Under the pieces are notes generated by a model. It searched no databases, was not told where the DNA came from, and worked only from the letters and a program-made list of their open reading frames with translations. The position numbers and the translations under genes were made by a program. A DNA stretch of 38,501 nucleotides from Bacteroidales bacterium (GTDB lineage: Bacteria > Bacteroidota > Bacteroidia > Bacteroidales > UBA12077): assembly GCA_028282585.1 (NCBI GenBank), contig JANQHR010000125.1:1-38501 (forward strand), given 5' to 3'. Positions 9,886-19,243 of this stretch are shown here, one piece after another. Position 1 is the stretch's first letter, and each line of letters starts with the position of its first letter.

Positions 9886-10503
9886 ATGACAGATTTTGTA
9901 GATGAATATTTAACAATAAGTAGCCCAAGTGAAGGTTTTTTCAAAGACAGGGGAAGCAAGTTCCTTGCTTTTGCATACCCTGTTTCCTCAGAAGAAGAAA
10001 TAAAAACTGTTCAGGAACAATTAAGAAGCGATTACCATGACGCAAGACACCATTGTTATGCATATATGTTAGGCAAAGACAAAAATGTATTTCGTGCTAA
10101 CGATGATGGTGAACCTTCGAGTACCGCCGGAAAACCGATTTTGGGCCAAATAAAGTCATTTGATTTAACAAACGTTCTGATTGTTGTCATCAGGTATTTT
10201 GGAGGGACAAAGTTAGGTGTAAGTGGTTTAATTAATGCATACAAAACTGCTGCTGAGGAAGCTATTAAAAATGCTAAAGTCGTAAAAAAAGTTTTGCACG
10301 ATATATATGAACTCAGGTTTGAGTATTCTGAAATGAACGAGGTAATGAGAATTATGAAAGAAGAACAAATAGAACAAGTCGACCAAAATTTTGAACTCAA
10401 TTGTTCGATAACATTAGCGTTAAGAAAAGCTGATGTGGATAAAGTATTAAGCAAATTCGTTAGAGTGGAAAAATTGAAAATTGAATACATAGAAACAAGA
10501 TAA
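9886..10503 (+). CDS. yigZ: YigZ/IMPACT family protein
   Basis: KDRGSKFLAFA, HHCYAY, DDGEPSSTAGKP and VIRYFGGTKLG motifs. Confidence 0.92.
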   Translation: MTDFVDEYLTISSPSEGFFKDRGSKFLAFAYPVSSEEEIKTVQEQLRSDYHDARHHCYAYMLGKDKNVFRANDDGEPSSTAGKPILGQIKSFDLTNVLIVVIRYFGGTKLGVSGLINAYKTAAEEAIKNAKVVKKVLHDIYELRFEYSEMNEVMRIMKEEQIEQVDQNFELNCSITLALRKADVDKVLSKFVRVEKLKIEYIETR

Positions 10504-10537
10504 ATTTTAATTAAGTACCACTAATAAATCTGTATTA

Positions 10538-11446
10538 ATGGAAAACAAACATTTAATTTCAATTACGGATTACACAAAAGAAGAAATCTTTAAGATACTG
10601 GATCTGGCGGAAGATTTCGAAAAAAATCCGAATCAAAACCTTTTAAATAATAAGGTAGTAGCAACTCTGTTTTTTGAACCTTCAACACGTACCCGGTTAA
10701 GTTTCGAAAGTGCCATCAGCAGGCTTGGAGGAAAATACATTGGTTTTACCGATGCAAGTTCGTCAAGCGTATCTAAAGGGGAATCTGTAAAAGATACTAT
10801 TATGACTGTTGCAAACTATAGTGATTTAATAGTTATGCGTCATCCGATTGAAGGAAGTGCACGTTGGGCAAGTGAAGTTTCTCGTGTGCCAATTGTAAAT
10901 GCCGGTGATGGAGCAAACCAGCATCCAACTCAAACCATGTTGGATTTATATTCGATTAGAAAAACGCAAGGAACATTAGATAATTTAAACGTCTGTTTTG
11001 TAGGTGACCTAAAATATGGAAGAACTGTTCACTCTTTACTACAGGCAATGGCTATGTTTAATACCACATACAACTTTGTGTCGCCTAAAGAATTAAGAAT
11101 CCCTGATGAATATAAACTTTATTTAGATAAAAAAGGGTTAGAATATCAAGAACACCGCGAGTTAGATGAAGTAATTAAAAGTGCTGATATTATTTATATG
11201 ACACGAATACAACGTGAACGATTTTCGGACCCTATGGAGTATGAAAAAACTAAAAATGCCTATGTGCTTAAAAATAATATGCTCGAAGAAACAAAAGAAA
11301 ATATGAAGGTTCTTCATCCGCTTCCACGAGTAAACGAAATTGACACGGACGTAGACGAAAACACTAAGGCTTACTATTTTACTCAGGCACTTAACGGTGT
11401 TTATACCCGCCAGGCAATAATTACTTATATTCTAGGACTTAAATAA
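10538..11446 (+). CDS. pyrB: Aspartate carbamoyltransferase catalytic subunit
   Basis: [27 protein letters not shown] and HPLPR motifs. Confidence 0.98.
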   Translation: MENKHLISITDYTKEEIFKILDLAEDFEKNPNQNLLNNKVVATLFFEPSTRTRLSFESAISRLGGKYIGFTDASSSSVSKGESVKDTIMTVANYSDLIVMRHPIEGSARWASEVSRVPIVNAGDGANQHPTQTMLDLYSIRKTQGTLDNLNVCFVGDLKYGRTVHSLLQAMAMFNTTYNFVSPKELRIPDEYKLYLDKKGLEYQEHRELDEVIKSADIIYMTRIQRERFSDPMEYEKTKNAYVLKNNMLEETKENMKVLHPLPRVNEIDTDVDENTKAYYFTQALNGVYTRQAIITYILGLK

Positions 11447-11454
11447 TTTGAATT

Positions 11455-11916
11455 ATGGAAATGAACGATAATAAACTTCAAGTAAGCGCCATTAAAGATG
11501 GTACTGTAATTGATCATATACCAGCAAGTAGTCTATTTAAAGTTATCAAAATTCTTAATTTAAATAAGGTTGAAACTCAAATGACTTTTGGTTCTAATTT
11601 TGAGAGCAAGAAACTGGGATCAAAGGCTATAATTAAGCTCTCTGATGTATTTTTCGCTGATAATGATATTAACAAAATCGCTCTTGTAGCACCTGAGGCA
11701 AAACTGAATATTATTAGGGATTATAAAGTAGTTGAAAAGAAAATTGTTGAGGTTCCGGACAGCATTAAAGGTATTGCTACATGTATGAATCCTAAATGCA
11801 TAACGAACCACGAAGGAATTGTAACAAAGTTTACCGTTATATCAAAAAAAGAAGTTGCTATAAAATGCCATTACTGTGAAAAGATAACAGATGCAGAACA
11901 TATGGAGATTTCATAA
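11455..11916 (+). CDS. pyrI: Aspartate carbamoyltransferase regulatory subunit
   Basis: VSAIKDGTVIDHI; zinc ligands CMNPKC and CHYC; follows pyrB. Confidence 0.97.
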   Translation: MEMNDNKLQVSAIKDGTVIDHIPASSLFKVIKILNLNKVETQMTFGSNFESKKLGSKAIIKLSDVFFADNDINKIALVAPEAKLNIIRDYKVVEKKIVEVPDSIKGIATCMNPKCITNHEGIVTKFTVISKKEVAIKCHYCEKITDAEHMEIS

Positions 11917-11933
11917 AAATATTACCTAAATAG

Positions 11934-11969
11934 AAAAGTTCTCTCTAAAATATTATTGAGAACTTTTTT
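11934..11969. terminator. Bidirectional terminator between pyrI and the convergent TPR kinase
   Basis: AAAAGTTCTC...GAGAACTTTT inverted repeat with flanking A and T tracts. Confidence 0.65.
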
Positions 11970-11975
11970 ATTTTT

Positions 11976-14216
11976 TTATGATTTAGAAGAAGGTAAACAT
12001 ATCCAAAAAGTTGTTCCCACTCCTACCTCACTTTCAACAACAAGCCGGCCTTTGTTTTTTTTAACAAACTCTTTACAAAGCTTTAACCCTAACCCAGAAC
12101 CTTTTTCATTTTTAGTACCTAAAGAAGTATACGAAGAATCCAAATCAAACAGACTATCCAATACTTCTGGTTTAATACCTACACCATTATCAACAATACC
12201 TATCATAATATCATCCTCAATTCCGGTTTTGGAAATTATTTCAATTTTACCTTCATTCTGTGTAAATTTTATAGCATTTGATATCAAATTTCTAACAACC
12301 GTATTAATCATTTCATAATCAGCAAATATGGCAATATTCTTATCTAATAAATTCTTGATACTTATATTTTTTGATTCAGCCATGGTCATAAAAATGTCAC
12401 AATTATCATCAACTAAATCATTTATAATGAATTCTTTTGGTTTATAAGTAATATTTCCAGAATTAGAACTTGCCCATTTAAGAAGATTATCAACTAAATT
12501 AAATGTTTGTTTTGCATTATTTGTAATCGTCTCCAATAATCTTTTTCGTTCCAGATCCTCAAACTCATCATGAGAGGTCCATAAATATTCACCTAAATTA
12601 TATAAGCCACCTAGCGGTCCCCTTAAATCATGAGCAATAATTGAAAAAAACTTATTTTTTGTATTGTTCAATTCAATAAGTGACTTATTGTCTTCTTTTA
12701 TTTTTTGTTTTTGATAGGTAAGTATTTTATTCATTTTTCGCTTTTGAAAAAAATAATATAAAATTACCATTGCAAGTAGTGCCATTAAAACGAAACCAAA
12801 TATGAAAGAGTAACTCACAACCTTATGTCTTTTAACCTCTTCTTCATAAATAGCATCTTTTCGTTTTTGCATTAATTCAAAAGCTTGTTTTTCCTTTTCA
12901 TATTCATATTGATATTGAAGTTGTGCAGCCTTCTTAATACTTTCTTCGTTATAAACACTATCACTTAAATTTTTATAAAGCACATGATTTGCAAATGCAT
13001 TTTTATAATCCCCTATTTTCTCATAAATTTCGGATAGATTCTCATAAACAACAATTTGTTCTTTCAACAAACCTATATCCATTGCAATTGATAATGCCTT
13101 ATTAAAATGATATTTAGCTTTTTTATCATTTTTTAAGGCTAAGTATATTCGCCCATATAAAATATGGCTGGTACAAATTCCTTGCTTATTATTTAATTTA
13201 GTTCTTATTGCAAAAACAGTATCATTATATGAAAGGGCCTTTTCATAATTTCTTAAATTCAGATAAATGTGAGAAATGTTTTCACAGGCATAAGCAATAC
13301 CAACTCTATAATCTAGTTTATAATGAATAGATAAACTCTTTTGTGCATAAAACAATGCTTTTTTATTATCCCCTAAATTATTATAGATGACTGAGATATT
13401 AGAATATGTAGTTGCCATCCCATCCTCATTATTTAATCTAATTTCAATTTCTAAACATTTATTATAATACTCCAATGCTTTTTCATATTCATTTAATTGT
13501 TCATGTATTAAGCCAATATTATTATAAGACATAGATGCACCTTCGGTATCCTCAATCGCCTCATACAATTTTAATCCGTCATAAAACAATACTAAAGCTT
13601 TTTGATGATTTCCTAAATTCCAATATACTAATCCTTTATTATTGTTAAGGTTTGCAAGTAACATGCTATCTTTTATTTCCAGTGCATGTATCAAACTTTT
13701 ATCCATATATGAAAGTGCCTTTGAGTATTCGGAAATGTTCCATAATAATATACCGAGATCAGAATAAATATTAGCTAAACCTAATTTATTATTTAGTTTT
13801 AAATATAACTTCTCCGCTTTATGATAGAACTCCTCCGAGACGCTATATTCTCCTTTATACTCATATTGTATTGCAATTTTTCTAAGAACATTAGCATAAT
13901 TCAGTGAATCTTTTAACTTTAAATAAATATCGGACGAAAGTTTGAAGCTAACAATTGCCGAATCATATAGGTCATTGTCATAGTAATATTGCCCCAGCAA
14001 TTTTAAACTTTGAGCTTTTAATTTATTATTATAACCAGAAATTAATTTAGTTGCTTTCCACAGGCTATCAAAGTTTTCAGCGTGAGAATCAAGCAATAAT
14101 TCAACTTCGTTAAATATCTTACTTGTATCAACTAATTCATTAGAATATACTGAAAAATTAACTAGATTAAGATATAAGAAAACTCCTAAACCAATAAGGA
14201 TATTAATCTTTTTCAT
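11976..14216 (-). CDS. TPR-repeat sensor histidine kinase (no adjacent response regulator)
   Basis: Signal/TM segment, many TPR repeats, second TM; FFSIIAHDLRGP H-box; RNLISNAIKF, DNGVG and GSGLGL boxes. Confidence 0.92.
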   Translation of the reverse strand: MKKINILIGLGVFLYLNLVNFSVYSNELVDTSKIFNEVELLLDSHAENFDSLWKATKLISGYNNKLKAQSLKLLGQYYYDNDLYDSAIVSFKLSSDIYLKLKDSLNYANVLRKIAIQYEYKGEYSVSEEFYHKAEKLYLKLNNKLGLANIYSDLGILLWNISEYSKALSYMDKSLIHALEIKDSMLLANLNNNKGLVYWNLGNHQKALVLFYDGLKLYEAIEDTEGASMSYNNIGLIHEQLNEYEKALEYYNKCLEIEIRLNNEDGMATTYSNISVIYNNLGDNKKALFYAQKSLSIHYKLDYRVGIAYACENISHIYLNLRNYEKALSYNDTVFAIRTKLNNKQGICTSHILYGRIYLALKNDKKAKYHFNKALSIAMDIGLLKEQIVVYENLSEIYEKIGDYKNAFANHVLYKNLSDSVYNEESIKKAAQLQYQYEYEKEKQAFELMQKRKDAIYEEEVKRHKVVSYSFIFGFVLMALLAMVILYYFFQKRKMNKILTYQKQKIKEDNKSLIELNNTKNKFFSIIAHDLRGPLGGLYNLGEYLWTSHDEFEDLERKRLLETITNNAKQTFNLVDNLLKWASSNSGNITYKPKEFIINDLVDDNCDIFMTMAESKNISIKNLLDKNIAIFADYEMINTVVRNLISNAIKFTQNEGKIEIISKTGIEDDIMIGIVDNGVGIKPEVLDSLFDLDSSYTSLGTKNEKGSGLGLKLCKEFVKKNKGRLVVESEVGVGTTFWICLPSSKS

Positions 14217-14254
14217 TCTCCAAAAATACTAATTTGCTTAATGATAGTAAAACG

Positions 14255-14286
14255 AAAAAGGGTTACGAAAATTCATAACCCTTTTT
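14255..14286 (-). terminator. Intrinsic terminator after the DUF4293 gene
   Basis: AAAAAGGGTTACGAA-AA-TTCATAACCCTTTTT inverted repeat. Confidence 0.7.
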
Positions 14287-14307
14287 GAAATATAATTTTT
14301 ATACATA

Positions 14308-14766
14308 CTATCTTATTCTATCCATACTTCTGATCAATGCTTCGTCTTTACCTATTGCTCTTATTGCTAAATAAGTAAGAATTGCGGAAATTATTGGAAA
14401 TATTGCGGTAACATTATAACTAACTATTCCATCCAATTGTTTAGAAAAATTTTGAATATAGTAATAGTTCAATCCCAGGTACCCTAACATTAACATTAAG
14501 TTAATAAAATTAAATCGCATTTGAAGTACTCTTTTTTTGTATAAAAAGATACTTAAAAAAGAAATGGATACGATTATGATCAATAATATCATTGGAGGAA
14601 CTGTTAATAAATACATTCCCTCTTCATTTTCAATAGAAAGTCCGTTGAAATTAATTATAAATAATTGACCACTAGCTCCTAATAATTCAGCGAAAGGATA
14701 TATAAATATAGATCCCATTAGAAGCGAAACTATTAATAAATATATAGATTGTATCCTTTGAATCAT
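14308..14766 (-). CDS. DUF4293 family membrane protein
   Basis: MIQRIQSIYL start, IFLYKKRVLQ, and AIGKDEALIRSMDRIR end are characteristic. Confidence 0.88.
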   Translation of the reverse strand: MIQRIQSIYLLIVSLLMGSIFIYPFAELLGASGQLFIINFNGLSIENEEGMYLLTVPPMILLIIIVSISFLSIFLYKKRVLQMRFNFINLMLMLGYLGLNYYYIQNFSKQLDGIVSYNVTAIFPIISAILTYLAIRAIGKDEALIRSMDRIR

Positions 14767-14855
14767 AATGCCTAATTAAATAAATTGATTTGAACTGGTT
14801 TAGCAAATGCAAAAGTATGCCTTTTTAACTATTTAACAACAGAAAACCACAGGAA

Positions 14856-15401
14856 TTATAACATAATTTCATCCAATGGTCTTCTTAAACTCTTTTTTAA
14901 TTCTCTTTCTTTTAATTCTTCAGGAAATAAATCAATGTCTCCTTTGTAACCAATTGCCATTGCTGCCATAGGTTCAAACTCATCGCTAATATTAAACAAT
15001 TCTTTTACCATTTCAACACGATAGCCTCCCATTTGATGCACATAAAGCCCCAGAGACGTTGCTTGAGCAAGTAAGTTACCAACCGCCATTCCGGTATCGT
15101 ATTGTGCAAAACGGTTAGGGCGGTTTTTGACAGATGAGTTTTTTTTTGCTAAACTTAATGCTAAAACCGGAGCATATTTAGCCCAGTTTTGATTTGCTTC
15201 CATTAAACTATCTAGCAACTTTTGATAGTTTTCATTTTTATCTTTAATGCCTATTATAAACCTCCATGGTTGCTCATTAAAGCTTGATGGCGCCCAACGG
15301 GCTGCTTCAAATAACGTAAGTAATGTTTCTTCGTCAATTTGTTTTGATGAAAAAATTACAGGACTATACCTTTCTCTGATTACTGAATGTATTTTACTCA
15401 T
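14856..15401 (-). CDS. Nitroreductase family protein
   Basis: RYSP...FEAARWAPSSFNEQPWRF; YDTGMA; HQMGG. Confidence 0.93.
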   Translation of the reverse strand: MSKIHSVIRERYSPVIFSSKQIDEETLLTLFEAARWAPSSFNEQPWRFIIGIKDKNENYQKLLDSLMEANQNWAKYAPVLALSLAKKNSSVKNRPNRFAQYDTGMAVGNLLAQATSLGLYVHQMGGYRVEMVKELFNISDEFEPMAAMAIGYKGDIDLFPEELKERELKKSLRRPLDEIML

Positions 15402-15604
15402 ATCTGTTTATCTTTTAATTTAAATGTATAAACATCAAGTTATAAAAAGTGTTCAACACGTAAAAATCTATTCACCCTTAAACATCAATTTATGTTATAT
15501 AATATTTTATTAAATAGTAAAATCATTAATTTAAGTTTGATAATCAAGAAAGGATTTCTTAGCATTGTAGGCTGAAAAAAACAGATAATTAATATAAATA
15601 ACAA

Positions 15605-15624
15605 CCTACCTGTCGTCAGACAGG
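15605..15624. repeat. REP-like palindrome CCTACCTGTCGTCAGACAGG
   Basis: CCTGTC-GTCA-GACAGG hairpin; resembles the CCTGCCTGCCGGCAGGCAGG-type Bacteroidota repeat (recalled, not searched). Confidence 0.45.
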
Positions 15625-15640
15625 TTTAAAAATCAAAGCT

Positions 15641-16861
15641 ATGACAAAAATGACAAGTCAGGATTATATCCAAAGAGAAGATAAATATGGTGCACATAAT
15701 TATCATCCACTTCCTGTTGTTCTTGAAAGAGGTGAAGGTGTTCACGTATGGGACGTAGAAGGAAAACAATATTATGATTTTTTGTCTGCATATTCTGCAG
15801 TTAACCAAGGACATTGCCACCCACGTATTGTAAATGCAATGACCGAGCAAGCTAAAAAGCTTACTTTAACTTCCCGTGCATTTTACAATAGTGTATTAGG
15901 CGAATATGAAGAATATGTAACCAAATATTTTGGTTTTGATAAAATATTACCAATGAATACTGGTGCTGAAGCTGATGAAACTGCAATTAAATTAGCACGT
16001 AAGTGGGGATACCAGAAAAAAGGAATTGCTGAAAACCAAGCTAAAATAGTTGTTTGTAATGAAAACTTCCATGGCAGAACTATTACAATAATTTCAATGT
16101 CGACTGACCCTGATGCTTACAAAGAGTATGGCCCTTATACTCCAGGTTTTGTAAAAATACCTTATAACGATCTTGAAGCATTAGAAAACGAATTAAAAGA
16201 CGAAAATGTAGCAGCATTCTTGGTTGAACCTATCCAAGGCGAAGCTGGTGTTTATGTTCCAGAAGATGGATATTTAAAAGCTGCATCAGAACTTTGTAAA
16301 AAATATAATGTACTTTTCATAGCTGATGAGGTGCAAACAGGTATTGCACGTACAGGCAAATTATTAGCTTGTGATCACGAAGGTGTTAAACCAGACGTTT
16401 TGATTTTAGGTAAAGCTATTTCAGGTGGAGTATTCCCGGTATCTGCAGTTTTAGCAAATGATGATATCATGCTTTGCATTAAGCCTGGTGAACATGGTTC
16501 TACTTTCGGTGGTAATCCAATTGCAGGCAAAGTTGCAATTGAGGCGTTAGAAGTTGTTAAAGATGAAAACTTAGCAGAAAATGCTGAACGTTTAGGCAAA
16601 ATCTTCCGTGATGAATTTAATAGCATCAAATCAGATATGATTGAATTAGTTCGAGGTAAGGGATTATTAAACGCTGTTGTTATTAAAAACAAAGAAGGAA
16701 AAACAGCTTGGGATGTTTGCGTTGCAATGGCTGAAGCCGGTGTTTTAGCTAAACCTACTCATGGTAATATCATACGTTTTGCTCCACCTCTAGTAATTAA
16801 CGAAGAGCAATTACGTGACGCTATGAATCGCATTAAAGAAGTATTTAAAAAATTCGAATAA
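15641..16861 (+). CDS. rocD: Ornithine--oxo-acid aminotransferase
   Basis: [47 protein letters not shown] (PLP Lys), HGSTFGGNP. Confidence 0.96.
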   Translation: MTKMTSQDYIQREDKYGAHNYHPLPVVLERGEGVHVWDVEGKQYYDFLSAYSAVNQGHCHPRIVNAMTEQAKKLTLTSRAFYNSVLGEYEEYVTKYFGFDKILPMNTGAEADETAIKLARKWGYQKKGIAENQAKIVVCNENFHGRTITIISMSTDPDAYKEYGPYTPGFVKIPYNDLEALENELKDENVAAFLVEPIQGEAGVYVPEDGYLKAASELCKKYNVLFIADEVQTGIARTGKLLACDHEGVKPDVLILGKAISGGVFPVSAVLANDDIMLCIKPGEHGSTFGGNPIAGKVAIEALEVVKDENLAENAERLGKIFRDEFNSIKSDMIELVRGKGLLNAVVIKNKEGKTAWDVCVAMAEAGVLAKPTHGNIIRFAPPLVINEEQLRDAMNRIKEVFKKFE

Positions 16862-16913
16862 TTATTATAGATAACTTTGCTTGCCAGCGAGCAGGTGTTA
16901 GATCTTTTTAAAT

Positions 16914-16951
16914 AAAAGCTGTCTCAATCATTAAATTGAACAGCTTTTTTT
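16914..16951 (+). terminator. Intrinsic terminator after rocD
   Basis: AAAAGCTGT(C)TCAAT...ATTGAACAGC followed by a T-run. Confidence 0.7.
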
Positions 16952-16995
16952 ATATTTGCCTATTTATCTAATTATTTTAACAAAAACTCGAAATA

Positions 16996-19041
16996 ATGAA
17001 ATTTAAGTTAACCGTACAATTCGCTTTAATAGCAGTGTTTGCTATGACACTAATTAACTCATGTACTCAACAAAAAGTTGAAAAAAAAATCACTTTAGAT
17101 GTAAGTTTAATTGATACTACTTTCGATCCTGCAGAAGATTTTTATCACTATGCAAATAATGGCTGGATGCAAAAATATCCATTACCAGATGATGAAAGCC
17201 GTTATGGTTCATTTGACCAACTTGGAAAAGAAACAAGTAAGAAAGTAAGATCATTATTAGAAGAACTAGCGCAAGGAAGCTACGAACAAGGAACTATTGA
17301 GCAAAAAATAGGCGATTTCTATGCCATGGGAATGGATTCTGCCAAAATCGAAGAACAAGGGTTAGAACCGTTAAAACCAGAATTTGAAAAAATTGCTGCC
17401 ATTGAAACAATGGAAGATGTTCAGGCTCAAATTGCTCATTTCCATGTTTATGGTGTAGGTTCAGTTTTTGGCTTCTTTGGATCAATTGATATTAAAAACA
17501 GTGGTATGAACATTGCACACCTTAATCAAGGTGGTATTGGAATGACCGACAGAGATTATTACGTAAATGATGACGAACGCTCAATAGAGATTCGTCAAGC
17601 TTATCAAGAACATCTTGTGAAGATGTTAGTTCTTAGTGGAATTTCTGAGGATGAAGCAAAGGAAATGACAAAAGCTATTATGAAAATTGAAACAAGATTA
17701 GCTGCAGCTTCATTTACTCGTTTAGAAAACAGAAATCCACATGCAACTTATAACAAAATGCCACAAGAAGAAGTTGCTAAGTTATATCCAAACTTTGACT
17801 GGAAAGCCTATATGACTGCAATTGGCGTTGATTATGATGGAGACATTAACGTACGTCAAATTAAGTTTTTCGAAGAGCTTAATAATATGATGACTGAGAT
17901 TAAAGTTGAAGAATGGAAAGATTATTTTTACTGGAACTTTTTAAATGCAACTGCAAACTATTTAAATCATGCAATTCAAGAACAAAATTTTGATTTTTAT
18001 GGCCGTACAATGTCTGGTAGTCAGCAAATGCGTCCACGTTGGAGAAGAGTTCTTGGTTCAACAAATGGTGCTTTAGGCGATGCAATTGGTCAGAAATTTT
18101 GTGAAATTTATTTCCCAGCTGAAGCCAAAGAAAGAATGGTAATTTTAGTAGAAAACTTAAGGGTAGCATATGGGCAAAGAATTGATAAGCTTGAGTGGAT
18201 GAGCGATGAAACAAAGGTAAAAGCTCATGACAAATTAGCTTCTATGAGAGTTAAGATTGGTTATCCTGATGAATGGAGAGATTTTTCAGAATTAGAAGTT
18301 GGACGCGAAGCATTTATACTTAATGTTTTAGCTGCAAATAAATTCGGTAGAGATTATAATAACAGCAAAATAGGAAAGCCTGTAAATAAAGAAGAATGGT
18401 TCTTCCCTGCTCATACCGTTAATGCTTATTATGCTCCACCATTGAATGAAATTTGCTTCCCAGCAGGTATATTACAACCTCCTTTCTTTTATCCGGATGG
18501 AGACAATGCGATTAATTATGCGGCAATTGGTGCTGTTATTGGTCATGAAATGTCACATGGTTTCGATGATCAAGGAAGAAAATATGATAAAGAAGGTAAC
18601 TTAACTGATTGGTGGACCGAAGAAGATTCTGAGAAGTTTAACGCACGAGCGCAAGTATTAGTTGAACAATTCAATAATATTGTAATTATTGATGATCTCT
18701 ATGCTAATGGTGAGTTATCGCTTGGAGAAAATATTGCCGATTTGGGTGGATTAAGCATTGCATATACTGCTTTCCAAAACGCTCAAAAAGAGAATCCACA
18801 AGCCGAAATGATTGACGGATTCGCTCCCGACCAAAGATTTTTCTTAAGTTGGGCAAGAGTTTGGGCTCAAAATATTCGCGAAAAAGATATGATTCGTAGA
18901 ACTCAGGAAGGCGTTCATTCATTAGGAATCAATAGAGTTCACGGTCCATTAGCAAATATGCCTGAGTTCCATGCTGCTTTTGGAGTTAAAGAAGGAAATG
19001 CTTTATACATACCTGAAGAAAAACGAGCTTCTATTTGGTAA
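16996..19041 (+). CDS. M13-family (neprilysin/PepO-like) metalloendopeptidase, lipoprotein
   Basis: Lipobox INSC; VNAYY, PAGILQPPFF, HEMSH zinc motif and GENIAD; TAtaTTTG promoter at 16951-16958. Confidence 0.95.
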   Translation: MKFKLTVQFALIAVFAMTLINSCTQQKVEKKITLDVSLIDTTFDPAEDFYHYANNGWMQKYPLPDDESRYGSFDQLGKETSKKVRSLLEELAQGSYEQGTIEQKIGDFYAMGMDSAKIEEQGLEPLKPEFEKIAAIETMEDVQAQIAHFHVYGVGSVFGFFGSIDIKNSGMNIAHLNQGGIGMTDRDYYVNDDERSIEIRQAYQEHLVKMLVLSGISEDEAKEMTKAIMKIETRLAAASFTRLENRNPHATYNKMPQEEVAKLYPNFDWKAYMTAIGVDYDGDINVRQIKFFEELNNMMTEIKVEEWKDYFYWNFLNATANYLNHAIQEQNFDFYGRTMSGSQQMRPRWRRVLGSTNGALGDAIGQKFCEIYFPAEAKERMVILVENLRVAYGQRIDKLEWMSDETKVKAHDKLASMRVKIGYPDEWRDFSELEVGREAFILNVLAANKFGRDYNNSKIGKPVNKEEWFFPAHTVNAYYAPPLNEICFPAGILQPPFFYPDGDNAINYAAIGAVIGHEMSHGFDDQGRKYDKEGNLTDWWTEEDSEKFNARAQVLVEQFNNIVIIDDLYANGELSLGENIADLGGLSIAYTAFQNAQKENPQAEMIDGFAPDQRFFLSWARVWAQNIREKDMIRRTQEGVHSLGINRVHGPLANMPEFHAAFGVKEGNALYIPEEKRASIW

Positions 19042-19063
19042 TTAGATATATCAAATTTAACCT

Positions 19064-19090
19064 AAGCCGTACAAAACGTACGGCTTTTTT
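19064..19090 (+). terminator. Intrinsic terminator after the M13 peptidase
   Basis: AAGCCGTAC-AAAAC-GTACGGCTT perfect stem plus T-run. Confidence 0.85.
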
Positions 19091-19112
19091 ATTATCTTAT
19101 AAATTAATTGAA

Positions 19113-19219
19113 TGTAGTAAAAACCAACAATAGTGTTGCAAAAACCAACACTCAAAAGTTACAATAAATATAATATTTAATTGATATAATGAACCTTAAC
19201 ATAACGGCATAACATTTGG
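19113..19219 (+). promoter_or_regulatory. Putative sigma54 promoter with tandem enhancer sites for permease 1
   Basis: Two TGT-N11-ACA sites (19113-19129, 19134-19150) sharing AAAAACCAACA; CGGCATAACATTTGG -24/-12-like element at 19205-19219. Confidence 0.6.
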
Positions 19220-19243
19220 CTTTAATATGAAAACTTAAAAACT

